From the human T2T-CHM13v2.0 reference genome, Homo sapiens: a stretch of 64,000 nucleotides of DNA. The DNA is taken from contig CP086569.2 in the NCBI GenBank assembly GCA_009914755.4, positions 11,552,001 to 11,616,000 on the forward strand, read 5' to 3'. The position numbers and the translations under genes were made by a program. Below, one piece after another: positions 21,686 to 43,813 of the stretch (position 1 is its first letter; each line of letters opens with the position of its first letter). The notes beneath the pieces are model-generated. The model did no database searches. It worked only from the letters and a program-made list of their open reading frames with translations, and was not told the DNA's origin.

Positions 21686-22664
21686 AGTGTTGTCAGCCAG
21701 ATGGTGGAATGGGAAGCTCCAAACCTTGATTCTCCATAAAGATACCAACTGAAAAACAATATATGGTCTAAAAGCCTTTATGGAGCTACATAAACCATTA
21801 AGAAGTTGTAGTAGCACAGACAAGTGCTAAGCCAAGAATAGTGGCATTGAACAAATAAGAAAAGCTGTTGCATTATACTCATGATACCCCTTCCCCAAGC
21901 TCGAGCAGGTTGGTTTGGCTGGGAAGCACTCAACTTGCAGCTTCTCCGTTAGCAGGGAAAGAGAAGACTGGAACGGAATAGTTTTATGAGGTTACCTGAA
22001 ACTCTCTCTCTCTCTCTAACTTGACGCCCAACGGGCATAATTTGGATGCATGGGAGCCACTGGGAATAAAGGAGAAGTCAGAGATGATGCAGCACCAGGG
22101 AACCTGCAGTACCACAGACAGATACCAAAGGGAGCAACAGCTCTAGAAAAAGAAACTGGCAAACCTCTACTTGGGATGTTACAATGTATAAACCCAAAGA
22201 AGATGCATTCTCAGAAAAAGTTTGAGAGGCTGCTGGAACCTATAGCCATGCTGATTCAGGTATGAAGGTCTTCCGTGTGAAGCCAGCTGATAAAAACTGG
22301 GAGAAGTGGCAGTTTTTTCAAACGCCCAAATCTTGGCAAAAATAAATAAAAAGTAAAAAATAACAAGACATAAGAAGAAACAGAGAAATCTGATGACTAA
22401 ATTAAAGGAGCAAAATAAATCTCCAGAAACCAACCCTACAGAAATAGGTAAATGAGTTACCTGACAAAGAATCCAAATTAACTATCTTAATGAAGCCCAG
22501 TGACAACAGAAATAAACAACTAAGTGAAAGCAGGAAATAATTCATGAACAAAATGAAAATATTAACAGATATAGAAACTGAAAAAAAAAGGAACCATACA
22601 GAAACTCTGGAGCTAAGGAATACAATAGCTTAATTGAAAAAATCACTATCAGAAATCACCATTA

Positions 22665-23290
22665 GACTGTGTAACTGCCCAATGGGTTCACCTCGTGCAC
22701 TGCTTAGACAGAGCTGATTTATCAAGACAGGGGAATTGCAGTGGAGAAAGACTAATTCAGGCAGAGCCGGCTGTGCGGGAGATCAGAGTTTTATTATTCC
22801 TCAAATCAGTCTCCCTGAGCATTCGGGGATCAGAACTTTTAAAGATAATTTGGCAGGTCGGGGCTTGGGAAGTGGGGACTGCTTATTCATCAGGTTGGAG
22901 ATGAAATCATACGGGGTTGAAGTGATGTTTTCTTGCTGTCTTCTGTTTGTGGGTGGGGTGGCAGAACTAGTTGAGCCATATTACCAGTCTAGGTGGTGCC
23001 AGCTGATTCATCCAGTGCAGGGTCTGCAAAATATCTCAAGCACTGATTTTAGGTTTTACAATAGTGATTTTATCCCCAGGAGCAATTTGGAGAGGATCAG
23101 ACTCAGAGCCAGAGGCTGCATAATCCCTCAACTGTAATTTATAATGTTATAGCTAATTTGTTTATCCTGCAAAGGCAGACTGGTTCCAGGCAAGAAGGGT
23201 ATCTTTTTGGGAAATGACTATTATCAACTTTGTTTCAGAGTCAAACCATGAACTGAATACCTTCCCAAAATTAGTTCATACTACTGCCAG
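22665..23290. other. Unidentified insertion of about 630 bp interrupting the old L1 ORF1 (possible solo LTR; family not recognised)
   Basis: The L1 ORF1 reading (…EKITIRNHH…) stops at about 22660 and resumes at about 23340 (…RLDQAEERISE-like). The intervening sequence is non-L1, non-Alu. Confidence 0.35.
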
Positions 23291-24167
23291 GAATGAACAA
23301 GGACAGTTTAAATGCTAGAGGCAAGATGGAGTTGATTAAGTCTGATGTCTTTTGCTGTCATAATTTCTTCAGTTACAATTTTTGCAAAGGCAGTTTCAAT
23401 AACATCAAGCAGAAGAAAGAATCAGTGAAATGGAAGACTAGTCATTTGAAATTATGGAGTCAGAGGAGCAAAAGGGAAAAGGAGTGAAGAGTGAGGACAG
23501 CCTAAGAGACTTACAGGATGCCATCAAGCAGACCAGTGTATGCATTATGAAAGTACCAGAAGGAGAAGAGAAAAATAAAGGGGCAGAGAGCCAGTTAAAA
23601 AAATAATGATCAAAAACTTCTCAAACTTAAGGAAGGAAGTGGACATACAAATCCAAAAGGCTCAAAGAACTCCAAGTTGGCTAATTTGCAAAAGACCTAC
23701 AATGAGACACATTACAATCAAACTGTCAAAAGTCAAAGACAAAGAGAGAATTTTGAAAGGAACAGGATCAAAGCAACTTGTCACATACAAGGGAGATGCC
23801 ATATGGTTATCAATGGAATTCTCAGCAAAAACTCTACAGGCCAGAAGAGAATGGGATGATATATTAAAAGGGCTGAAAGAAAAAAAAAAACTATCAACCA
23901 AGAACTGTATAGCCAGTAAAACTCTACTTCAAAAATGAAGGACAAACAAAGATTTCCCCAGAGAAGTAAAAGGTGAGGGAGTTGATCACCACTAGACCTA
24001 CCTTACAAAAAATGTTAAAGAGAGTCCTCCAAGTGGAAGTGAAAAGGTATTGGATAGAAATACAAAAGAAAACAAAATATAAACTTCTTTGCTAAAGGTA
24101 AATACATGAGTGAACATAGAATCCTTTAATACTCTAATGGTGGTAAGCAAAACACTTTTTTTCCTTT

Positions 24168-24448
24168 ACTTTTTTTTGAGACAAAGTCTTGCTCTGTTGC
24201 CCAGACTGGAGTGCAGTGGTTTGATCATGGCTCACTGCAGCCTTGCAGTCCTGGGCTAAAGCAATCCTCCCACCTCAGCCTCCTGAGTGGCTGGGACTAC
24301 AGACATGCACCACTACACTCAGATAATATTTTTAAATTTTTAGAAGAGATAAGGCCTTGCTGGTCTCAAACTCCTAGGCTCAAGTGATCCTCCCATTTTG
24401 GCCTCTCAAAGTGCTGGGACTACAGGTGTGAGACACCACACCCAGCCT
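24168..24448 (-). mobile_element. Alu SINE
   Basis: tttttttgagacaaagtcttgctctgttgcccagactggagtgcagtggtttgatcatggctcactgcagcc... Confidence 0.9.
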
Positions 24449-25559
24449 GTAATTCACTTTTAATTGAAGCATAGAATTTAAAAGGTAAAAGCATAATATT
24501 ACTGTATTAAATTATGTGAATAAACAATATAAAATATATAGTGTGACATTGATAACAAAGTGAGAAGGAGGTGTAAAGAAGTAGAGTTTTTGTATGTGAT
24601 TAAAGTTAAGTTGTTGTCAATTTAAAATAGATTATTATAATTATAAGATGTTTTTATGTAATTCTACAGTAACCACAAAGAAAAGACCTACATAAGATAC
24701 ACAAATAAAAATGAGAAAGGAACGAAAGCACGTCCCTACCAAAAAAAAGAAATCAGTGAAACAAAGGGAGGCAGAAAGAGAGGCAAAGAGGAAAATAATA
24801 CCTTTAAGACATGTATAAAACAATGAACAAAATGACAATAGTAAGCCCCTCCCTATCAGTAACTAATTTAAATGCAAATAGGCTAATTTTCCAATCAAAA
24901 GACAGAGAATTTGCCGAATGGATTAAAAAATGTAAATATATACTATATGCAAGAGACTTATGTTAGATCTAAACATACACAAAGGTTGAAAGTGGAAGGA
25001 TGGAAAAAGATATTCAATGCATTTGTTAACCAAAAGAGAATAAGGATGGCCATACTTAGACAAAATAGAGTTAAGTCAAATAATAGCACAAGAGACAAGG
25101 ATATTACATAATAATAAAAGGGCCAATTGACCAAGAAGATATAACAATTATAAATGTATATGCAACTAACAGTACAGCATCTAAATATATGAAGCTAACA
25201 TAGACAGAATTGAGGGGTAACATAGCTAACAACATCATAATAACAGAAAACTTCAATATTCCACTTTCAATTATGGATCCAATAACCAGACAGAAGATCA
25301 ACTGGAAAACACAGAACTTGAACAACATTGTAGACCAATTGGACCTGTCTGACATATACAGAACACTTCACCCAATAATAGCAAAATATGCTTTCTTCTC
25401 AAGTACATACCAAGACTTTTCCTGGATAGACGGCATGCTAGTCCACAAACAAGTTTTTAAAAGTTTAAGAGAACTGAACTCATACCAAGTATCTTTTCTG
25501 ACCACATTAAATGAAATTACAAATTCATAGCAGAAGGAAAAAGGAAAAGTAATAAATAT

Positions 25560-26130
25560 GTGGAAATTACAAAAATATACTCTCTTAACCAATTGGCCTG
25601 TGTGGTTAATATTAATTGTCAATTTGATTGAGGGATGCTTAGATGCCTGATGAAGCACTGTGTGTGGTTATATCTGTGAGGGTGCTGCCACAGGGGAATG
25701 ATGGATGAGTTAGTGGACTGAGAGAGAAAAACCCATCCTCACTGTGGGTAGGCATCATGCAATTGTTTGCAATTGTGACTAGAACAAAAAGGCAGAAGAA
25801 AGGGAACATTCAGCTTGCTTTGATTTCTTTTTTATGCACTGTCTCTCTCTTCCAGAGCAGTATGCCTTTTTCTCCTCTTGCACTTGCACATCAAACTCCA
25901 GGTTCTTTGGCCTTTGGACCCTGGGACTTGCATCAGCAGCCTTTTGGGAGCTCTCAGGCCTTGGGCCTCAGACTAGTGGCTTCACTGTCTGCTTCCCTTG
26001 TTTTGAGACTTTCAGATTTGGACTGAGCCATATCACTGGCTTCCTTGGGAGCCATGCTGTAGGCTTCTCTCATTTCCCACTTATAGATGGCCTATTGTGG
26101 GACTTTGTCTTTGTAATTATGTGAGCCAAT
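25560..26130 (+). mobile_element. Ancient interspersed repeat (family not named). A second copy of the same family lies inverted at 34700-35200.
   Basis: Shared motifs appear in opposite orientation between the two loci. These are ...ccaggttctttggcctttggaccctgggacttgcatcagc... here versus the reverse strand at about 34880-34990, and the 3' (TA)n-rich end cctattggatctgaccctctggagaactctgattaataca versus ctctagagggatagaactaataggatatatat. Confidence 0.5.
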
Positions 26131-26149
26131 TCTCCTTAATATATTATAT

Positions 26150-26245
26150 TTCATATATATGTAAATATATTCTCTTATAGATGCATGTATATGTATCTAT
26201 ATCTATATCTATATATCTATATCTATATCTATGTCTATATTTCCT
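26150..26245. repeat. (TATCTA)n-like microsatellite
   Basis: atctatatctatatctatatatctatatctatatctatgtctatat. Confidence 0.8.
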
Positions 26246-26535
26246 ATTGGATCTGACCCTCTGGAGAACTCTGATTAATACATAGTCAAAGAATAAATCA
26301 CAAGGAAAATTAGAAAATGTCTTGAGACAAATAAAAATGGAAACACAACATTCCAAAGCTTGTGGGATGCAGCAAAATGAATATGAAGAGGACAGTTTAT
26401 ATATCTAACTACCTACCTTAAAAAAGAAGAAAGATCTAAAATCAGCAACTTAGCTTTACACCTCAAGAAACTGGAAAAAGAAGAACTCAACCCAATGTTA
26501 GCAAAAAGAAGGAAATGATAAAGTCTAGAGCAGAA

Positions 26536-26835
26536 GGCCAGGTGCAGTGGCTCACAACAGTAATCCCAGCAATTTGGGAGGCCGAGGCAGGTGGATCACC
26601 TGAGGTGGGGAGTTCGAGACCAGCCTCAGCAACAAGGAGAAACCTGTCTCTAATAAAAAATACAAAATTAGTCGGGCAAGGTGATGCATGCCTGTAATCC
26701 CAGCTACTCTGGAGGCTGAGACAGGAGAGTCACTTGAACTGGGAGGCGGGGTTTGCAGCGAGCGGAGATCACAACATTGCACTACAGCCTGGGCAATAAG
26801 AGCAAAACTGCATTCCACCCCCCCCCAAAAAAAAG
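26536..26835 (+). mobile_element. Alu SINE
   Basis: ggccaggtgcagtggctcacaacagtaatcccagcaatttgggaggccgaggcaggtggatcacctgaggtgggg... Confidence 0.9.
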
Positions 26836-27229
26836 GCTAGAGAATAGAAAAAAACCAATGAAACTAGTAGTTGTTTCAAAGTTCAACAAAATTAACAAAT
26901 CATTAGCTAGAATATTTAAGAAAAAAAATAAAGAAGACTCAACTTCTTTTAGGAACAAAAGAGAAGACACTGCAACAGATATTACAGAAATAAAAAGGAT
27001 TCTAAGAGTCTACTATGAATGATTATATACTGACAAGTTGGATAACCTAAGAGAAATGAACAGATTCCTAGTAACATGCAAGTTACCAAGACTAAGTCAC
27101 AAAATAAAAAATCTTAATAAACCTATAACTAGTAACTGAATCAGGAATCAAAAACCTCCCAGCAAACCAAATACCTGATACGGGGTTAATATCTAAAATA
27201 TATACAGAATAACAACTCAATAACAAAAC

Positions 27230-27640
27230 AACCTAAATGAGAAATGGTCAGTTGACTTTGCTATGGTCCAAATGTTCTCCCAATATTCATATGCTAGAGC
27301 CTAAGAGGTGGGGCATTTTGGAGATGATTAGTTCATGAAGTCATCGTCCTCAGAAATGGGACTAGGGCCTTTATAAAAGAGGCTTAAGGGAGTTTGTTTT
27401 CCCTTTTGAACATGTGAGGACACAGAGAAGGTGCTATGTATAGTGAATATAGTGACCTCACCAGTCACTGAGTCTGTTGTAGCCTAAATCTTGGACTTCT
27501 CACACTCCAGAATGCAAGAAATAAATTTCTGCTGTTTATAAATTACCAGCCTAAGGTATTTTGTTATAGCAGCAGGAATGGACTAAGATAGACTTGAATA
27601 GACATTTTTTCCAAAAAAAATACAAATGACCAACTAGCAT
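27230..27640 (+). mobile_element. Ancient interspersed repeat (family not named)
   Basis: tatggtccaaatgttctcccaatattcatatgctagagcctaa...gtgaggacacagagaaggtgctatgtatag...ataaattaccagcctaaggtattttgttatagcagcaggaatggactaagata is a widely dispersed old repeat I recognise by sight only. Confidence 0.45.
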
Positions 27641-27649
27641 ATCAACCCA

Positions 27650-28130
27650 ACACTACGTGGAAGCTGCCAAGGCTTGGGGATTGAACTCTGAAGCAACAGC
27701 CTGAGCTTTACATTGGCTCCTTTTAGCCATGGCTGGGACACAGGGCACCAAGTCCCAAAACTGCACAGAGCAGCAAAGTTCTGGGCCTGGCACAAAAAAA
27801 CATTTTTTCCCTCCTAGGCCTCCAACTCTGTGATGGGAGAGGCTGTTGTGAAGAACTCTGACATGTCCTGGAGACAATTTCCCCATTATCTTGTCAATTA
27901 ACATTTGGCTCCTTGTTACTTCTGCAAATTTCTGCAGTCAGCTTGAATTTCTCCCCAGAAAATGGGTTTTCTTTTCTATCACATCATCAGGCTGCAAATC
28001 TTCCAAACTTTCATGCTCTGCTCCCTTTTAAACATAAGTTCTAATTCCAAAACATATTTTTGTGAATGCATAAAACTGAACACTTTTAAGAGCACTCAGG
28101 TCATAAATTGAACACCTTGCTGCTTACAAA
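27650..28130. mobile_element. Older repeat that hosts the L1PA insertion (left flank). It continues at 34326 onward.
   Basis: The sequence at 28131-28150 (tttcttctaccagatgtcct) is repeated at 34306-34325, and the flanks form one continuous element. Confidence 0.5.
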
Positions 28131-28150
28131 TTTCTTCTACCAGATGTCCT

Positions 28151-34305
<6,155 letters not shown>

Positions 34306-35379
34306 TTTCTTCTACCAGATGTCCTCAGTCATCTCTCTCAATTTCAAAGTTCCATAAATCTGTAGGGCAGGGGCAAAATGCCACCAGTCTCTTTGTTAAA
34401 GCATAGCAGGAGTGACCTTTACTTCAGTTCCCAACAAGTTGTTCATCTCCATCTCGGACCTCCTCAGCATGGACTTCACTGTCCAAGTCACTATCAGCAG
34501 TTTGGTCAAAGCCATTCAACAAGTCTCTAGGCAGTTCCAAACTTTCCCACATCTTCTGATCTTCTTCTGAGTCCTCCCAACTGTTCCAAACTCTGCACAT
34601 TACACAGTTCCAAAGTCACTTCCACAACCTCAGGTATCTTATAATAATACTTCATTACCTCATTATCAAAATCGGTATTAGTCATGGTTCTCTAGAGGGA
34701 TAGAACTAATAGGATATATATATATATATATATGAAAAGGAGTTTATTAAGGAGAATTGAATCACACCATCACAAAGTGAAGTCCTACAACAGGCCGTCT
34801 GCAAGTTGAGGAGCAAGGAATCTAGTATTGGCTCGAGTCCGAGTCCCAACACCTCAGAAGTAGGGAAACCGACAGGCCAGCTTTGAGTCTCTGGATGAAG
34901 GCCTGAGAGCCCCTGGAAAACAACTGGAGTAAGTCCAAGAGTCCAAAAGCCAAAGAACCTGGAATCTGATATTTGAGTGCAGGAAGCATCCAGCATGGGA
35001 GAAAGATGAGGGCCAGAAGGCTCAGCAAGTCAGCTTCTCCTAACCTTCTTCTGCCTGCTTTATTCTAGCCATGCTGGCAGCTGATTGTATGGTGCCCACC
35101 CACATTGAGGGTGGATCTGCCTTTCCCAGTCCACTAAATAAATGTTAATCTCCTTTGGCAACACCCTCACAGACACAACCGGGAAAAATACTTTGGATCC
35201 TTCAATCCAATCAAATTGACAATTACTTAATATTAACCTTCACAATGTAATATTCATCCCATTTGTAATTTTTCTTTAATATACAAGCTCCTTGAGAACA
35301 TGCACCATTTGATCTTGTCTCTCTGTTGTGTTGGGAGGCAGTGGAGAAGAGAAGAGTTAAATGTGTGGGTGTGGAGTGA

Positions 35380-35893
<514 letters not shown>

Positions 35894-36499
35894 GAAATAT
35901 TTTTTTGAAACATGACTGATAACAATATTTTTTGAAAGAATGACAGATACCAATCATGAAGGAAAAGATTTTCACAATTGACAATAAAAAGCTTTAACTT
36001 CTGAATGGTAAAAAGAGTGAGAAAATTAAGAGCGAAATTACAAATTGAAAAAACTAAAGTATATAAAACAAAGGTTTTCATTCTCAATTTAATGCAGAAT
36101 CTTGACAAATCAAAAAGAATAAAAGGTGAACCCACCTAAAAGAAATAGGGAAAAAACTTTCAAGAAAAGCAATTTACAAAATGGCAATGACTAATAAACA
36201 TGGATATTTAACATCACTAATATTCAAAGTACTTCATTTATAGAGATCCCTCCTTCACCTATCAAATTAGCAAAGATGAAAAAGGCTAGTAATACCAAGT
36301 TTTGAAGAGAGGTGAGAGGAAATGACAAGTTTATGTACCCTGGTAGGACATGATATTGTGGCAATATGTTTCAGAACACTCATAAATGTATATACCTTTT
36401 AGATCAACAATTACACATTTAAGCTTAAGAAAATATGAAGATTAGCTACAAATATTTCTCTATGTGTTCAATTAAGTATTAATTTTTAATTAAAAAAAA

Positions 36500-36781
<282 letters not shown>

Positions 36782-37011
36782 TAATTTAAAAAAATATTTT
36801 TATAGCAGCACAACGAGTTATTGTTTTAATAGTAAATATTGGAGTTTACTTTAATTTTGAACAGGATAATTAATCATGATGCAGCACATTGAATACTCTT
36901 TCATTAAGCTAAACAACTATTAAAAATGATATACAAATACATTTACTGAAAAGAAACATGTTTGTGATATACAGTTAAGTGTAAAACAATTCAGGTTATA
37001 AGAACATATTA

Positions 37012-37347
<336 letters not shown>

Positions 37348-37369
37348 TTATAAGAATATTTGACAGAGA

Positions 37370-37450
37370 GAGAGGGGTAAGGGAAGGGAAGGGGAGGAGA
37401 GGGGAAGGGAAGGGAAAGGAAGAAGGGAAGAAGGGAAGGGAAGGGAATAT
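37370..37450. repeat. (GGAAGG)n/(GGGAAG)n purine microsatellite
   Basis: gggtaagggaagggaaggggaggagaggggaagggaagggaaaggaagaagggaagaagggaagggaagggaa. Confidence 0.85.
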
Positions 37451-38216
37451 GGGTGGATTTATATCAAAAGGTTCAGAAGGAAATGATTCTTTTCTTCTGG
37501 ATGTGACTATTGCAGATTTTATTTTTAACTTTTCCTCTTTTTCTTATTTATTTATATTTTCTTATTTTAAGAGAAACTATAAAACTATATATATTACTTT
37601 TCAACTTAAAAATAGTTTAGCGCTTCAATAATACAGAAGTCTCAAACATTGCAGATAATTAAAGCATTACTAAATGTGGAAATGTTTAGTTTCACAATTT
37701 CTGTAGTGATATTCAAGACCAGATATCACCTTGGGAATCAGAACTGGTGCAGGATCTTGTCCTAACACTACCAAAAAGGCACATGGCTGTCCCAGCTCTG
37801 TATGTTTATGTTGTCTTATAATAGAGCAACCAGTTGTTTATTAGGATGGCCAAAAAGGTGCATTTCAAATAAATGCCTATTAAAATATTAGTAGTACAAA
37901 TAATACTGCTGCTTAATTTTTTCTAATGAGAACTGATAAAATTCAAAAGCAACATAAGCAGATAAATAGTAATAATATGGTTTATCAAATTAATTGTCAC
38001 ATGATTATTAAAGTGAGATCATGTGTGTTAAGTAGTGGTATCTTAAGCCACTGAAATATCTTCCTTGGTCTGGAATGAGCTTTCTATGGAGATTAAAAAG
38101 ATGTTAAATTGAACAGTCTTGGTTAATAAATGAAGAAGCAAAGCCAGAAACCCTGTTTAAAGAACTAATAAAAAAGGTCACGAATGATCTGGCGGTTGTT
38201 ATATTTTCTTGTTTAC

Positions 38217-38392
38217 CCGAGTAGAAGACTATGCTCAAGCATGTATTGAATCCAGTGATAGCCAGAAGGTCATCCATACTGCTAGCAGCCATTAGTAAGG
38301 TTGGAATGTCTTCCTCAACACCATATCCATTTTCTTGCAACACCATCGTGTAAAGGACAACAACAGCAGGAGAGACAGCACCTAGAACAAAA
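38217..38392 (-). pseudogene. SLC9B1P: SLC9B1-like exon D: FVLGAVSPAVVVLYTMVLQENGYGVEEDIPTLLMAASSMDDLLAITGFNTCLSIVFYSG
   Basis: Acceptor cctttctttcag|ttttg, donor tactcgg|gtaaac. Confidence 0.75.
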
Positions 38393-39934
38393 CTGAAAGA
38401 AAGAATGAAAATTAATTTAAAAGCAGCTTTTTAACCAAGTAGTGTTTTATAAGTACAAGTAGTTTATAATAAATTTATAACAAACATTGTTTAGAAGAAT
38501 TTCAAATTTGAGTGAATGCAATTTAATGGTGATAAAACTTTTCATGTATTGTTTAGTGCTGGCTAAAATTTTATACAGACGTGGTTTCAAATGTTGGGCT
38601 GAGCACAGGTTACAGCCTCTCCCTCTATTCCTAAATCCTTTGAAGTGAAGATGTAAAGGTAATAGAAAAATCCATAACCTAACTAGAAAGCAAAAGGTGA
38701 ATCATCAATGGACAAGAAACTAAGTATATGCCAGAAAGATAAGAGACAGACAATTTAGGATTGAAAAAAGGAAACCATAAACCAAAATGTATGTAAATAA
38801 GATTGCCTCAAAAGATACATGTGCTTCTACAAGTGGTCCAAGCCCTGAAATGACACATTCTGGGAGCAGGAGAGACCGCTGGGGAAACCAAATAGTTGAT
38901 TATTTGGAGTGCCACTGTAAGAATGGTCAGACACATCTACCTTCCACACATTTCCTACCTCTTGAGTAAATAAGTAAGTAAGGAAGGAAGGAACAGAGTT
39001 GTCTGCCCAAAAAAACAAGTGTGGCCATCTAAGTTACAAAGGCAAATGAGAACATTTCTGGAGTGGTTGATGACACTCATGAGGAAGGGCGAGGTTCCTG
39101 CACAGAATACCTTCTATTGGCATATCTTATCCTGATTTTCACCTCATCTCTTCTACATTTACTTTATAAAGCGTAAAGTATATCCTGTGTAGAAATGCTT
39201 TTGGTGCTTCTGCCAGAATCCATTTACCAGGTCAATGAACACATCTCCCAGTGCTTCTTGTTGGCTGCTAATATCTGCAGGTTTCTAGAACCCTTGTCCT
39301 GCTGACAAGCACCTACCTGGGAATACGAGGGAGGTTGTGCACCCCTCTACTTTCCCTCCAGACAGCATCTGCCAATGACGGACTGATGTGAGATTTGCTT
39401 CTGGCTGTACAACTCTATGGCACAGTTTATGCTACAGATTTCCCTGTGGGCTGAAGAAGAGACTAGACTTATCTAAGACCACATACTGGTCTAGTTCAGT
39501 GGTTCCTCAACTCTGCTGTACATTGTAATCATCTGTTGTATTATTTTTCTCATTTTGCTTAACAAGTCATCCCCAAACATAGCAGCTTAAAACAACAAAT
39601 ATTTATTGTCTTATGACTTCTGTGGGTCAGGAATCTGGGCATGGCTTAGTTGTATGTCTTGACTTAAGATTTACCATGAGGTAGGGTGGGGTGGAGAAGA
39701 TCTGCTTCCAAGTTTATTCATGTAACCATTGCAGGCTTCAGTTTTTTCCAATGGGGTTTTCTCCACAGGGCTGCCTCAGAACATGGCAGCTGGCTTCCCC
39801 AGGAATAAGTGATCAAAGAGAATTTAATCCACAACATCAATTAAAAACAAAGTATCTAAGAACAAAACTGTGAAGACAGTCTATAATTTTATAAAAAATT
39901 GTGAATATAATATAATAATTAAGATAATACCTGA

Positions 39935-40153
<219 letters not shown>

Positions 40154-40586
40154 TAATATATAGATGTAACCTCTCCCCCAAATGAATTAATCAGAGATAC
40201 ACCAATCAAAATCTTTGCTGGGATTTTTACTGAGCATGAAATGCTGATTATAAAATTCATTTGGAAGAATAAGATCTTAGAATGAAAGATCAAGTAAACT
40301 TAAGAAAACAAGATACTGTTTTTGTAAAGGTAAAATAGTTAAAACTGAATAATAATGACATATAAAAAGAAAAAATAAATTGGAAGAAAAGAGAATACAA
40401 AGTGTGGAAACAAATCTATGGGATTTGTTACATCATACAACTGGTACTTTAAATCAGTGGGAGAAAGAAAGAAATCTTTCAAAAATGGTGTTGAGATAAC
40501 TATTTATGTGGAAAGGAATATAGATAGATCCTTACACAAAATAAATGTTAAAAGCTCAAAAGGAAAAGTAGTAATAAGAAAATGTA

Positions 40587-40845
<259 letters not shown>

Positions 40846-43091
40846 AGATGTAGAATAATATATTTGTGATCATGAGGTAAAAAGGACCTTTTGACTGATA
40901 CATACAAAGGCATTAGACATAAAAAGAGATTGTGATACGTTCAATTATATTAAAGGAGTACTTCAAAAGCAACTTCAAAAGTACTATAATAAAGTACTAC
41001 TTCAAAAGCAATTCTGCTCTTTCTCCCCCTTTTTCTCTTTTTCATTTTCAAAGTCAAGTGAACGGTGTGGTATATTGGCAATTCTCTCTGTTGAAAATAA
41101 CAAAACACACTTTTTAGAGTGAAAAAAAATCATCACAAACAAAATTAAATATCTACTGATATTTGCAATACATATAATTTACAAATGCCTATAACAGATA
41201 TAACTAATAAAGAAGACCAACTCAACAAAAAAATGGACAAAGGATATGAACAGGCTAAGGAAAAGCTGAAGGACAACACGTATATAAAAGATATTCAAGC
41301 TTGTGAATAATCACAGAAATACAAATTAAAATAAAAATACGCCATTTTTTCAATTATCAGACTGGAAAACATTATAAAATTTAATAATATTAAGGATTTG
41401 CAAGGATTTTCAAGAACAACAGGTATGCTCCTAAGCTATTGTTATTAGGGCAAATTAAAGTGGCCATACCGAAAGTATTTTGGCAGTATACATCAAACTA
41501 AAAATGCATGTAACCCAGGTAACTATTCTAAACAAACTTGTATTTATGTAAAATGAGACAAATAAAATGCTATTTTTGTTATAACATTGTAAATAAAATC
41601 TGCTGTTGACATACAATGTAATCTTATACAATTAAAAGGAATAAACTACATGTGTATCCATCTTGAGATGGATAAACCTCAAGACTATTCTTGAGTGAAA
41701 AGAAAAAATTGTTAAGTAAAATTTTCTTGGGTATGATTAAGTAAAAATGCACAAAATAAAACTCTTTTTTTCTCTGGGTTCACAAATACATTTGTTAGAA
41801 GTCCAGAACATTATTTTTAAAGATCTAGAATGATAACATAAAACTCATAAAGATGCTGCCACTCTGTCTTCAGCGGCACATGAGTGCACCCCACAACACC
41901 ATTGCCCTGGCTGGCACGTGCAAGTATGCAGAACACTCCCATTCCACTCCTGCCAGCACTGCACCCCTGCCAACACATGCATACCTGCTGTGTGCTGCTG
42001 CTCCTGGCACATATGTGTGAGTGAGGACCTTGCTACAATCACTACAATGAAGCACTTTGTCTGGCACACCCCATCAGAGTGTTGTTGCCAGTCGACTGGG
42101 AACACCTCAGTGCTTAACATTGAAGGGCCAGACAACAAATCTGTGGGTATGTTACCAGCGTTGCAAAATTAGAGCGTGCAGTTCAGGAGTGCTGGGCTGA
42201 GCCTTTGCCCCCTGAAATCTTCCAGAAATGAAGCCATTTGACTGAAACTACCTTGTGCCACAGTCAAATCCTCAAGGGCATTAAAGAATATAAAAAAGGA
42301 AAAAACTCCATCCAAAGGACAGTGATTCAAAACATTAAAGGAACCTTAGCCCACACAGATGTGAAAGAACCAGTGCAAGAACTCTGGCAATATAAAAAGC
42401 CAGAATGTCTTCCTGTCTTCAAGCAATCATACTAACTCTCCAACAATGGTTGTTAACCAGGATTAAATGACAGACATAGATTTCAGAATCTGGATAGAAA
42501 CAAAGATCATTGAGATTCAGAAGAAAGTCAAAATCCAATGCAAATGATCTAAGAAATCCAATAAGACGACATAAGAGCTGAAAGATGAAATAGGCATTTT
42601 AAGAAAGAACCAAACTAAACTGATAGAGCTGAAAAATGCACCTCAAGAATTTCATAATACAATAACAAATACTAACATCAGAACGGACCAAGCTGAGGAA
42701 AGAATCTCAGATCTCAAAGACCACTTCTTTGAATCAACTCAGTCAGATGAAAATAAAGAACAAAAAAGAATGAACAAAACCTCTGAGAAATCTGAGATTA
42801 TGTAAAGAGACCAAACATATGACTCAAGGCATCACTCAAAGAAAGGGAGAAAGAACAAGCAAGTTGGAAAACATATTTGAGGTTACTGCCCACAAAAATT
42901 TCCCAAATCTTGCTAGAGAAGTCACCATTTAAATCCAGGAAATGCAGAGAATCCTGTGAGATACTATACAAGATGACCATCCCCAAGACAGACAGTCATC
43001 AGATTCTCCAAGGTCAACATGAAATAAAAAAATAAGAAATGCAGCTAAAGTGAAGGGCAGGTCACATACAAAGGGAATCCCATCAGGCTAA

Positions 43092-43445
<354 letters not shown>

Positions 43446-43473
43446 TTCAGCATTCTTAAAAAAAAAAAAAAAA

Positions 43474-43813
<340 letters not shown>

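Larger units (their letters stand above)
21880..25560 (+). mobile_element. Old L1 LINE (L1PB/L1MA-like). It has the 5' region, ORF1 (interrupted) and the start of the ORF2 endonuclease domain, and it is truncated and decayed.
   Basis: The ORF1-like translation is ...IQKAQRTPSWLICKRPTMRHITIKLSKVKDKERILKGTGSKQLVTYKGDAIWLSMEFSAKTLQARREWDDILKGLKEK. The ORF2 endonuclease-like stretch at 24900-25530 is ...NFNIPLSIMDPITRQKINWKTQNLNNIVDQLDLSDIYRTLHP.... It is interrupted by an Alu at 24168-24448 and an unidentified insert at 22665-23290. Confidence 0.7.

Noticed and set aside
26150-26245. Regularly spaced short repeat (atctatat...) that superficially resembles a direct-repeat array
   Set aside because: Its period is 6-8 bp with no unique spacers and it lies in eukaryotic repeat context, so it is a simple microsatellite and not a CRISPR array.
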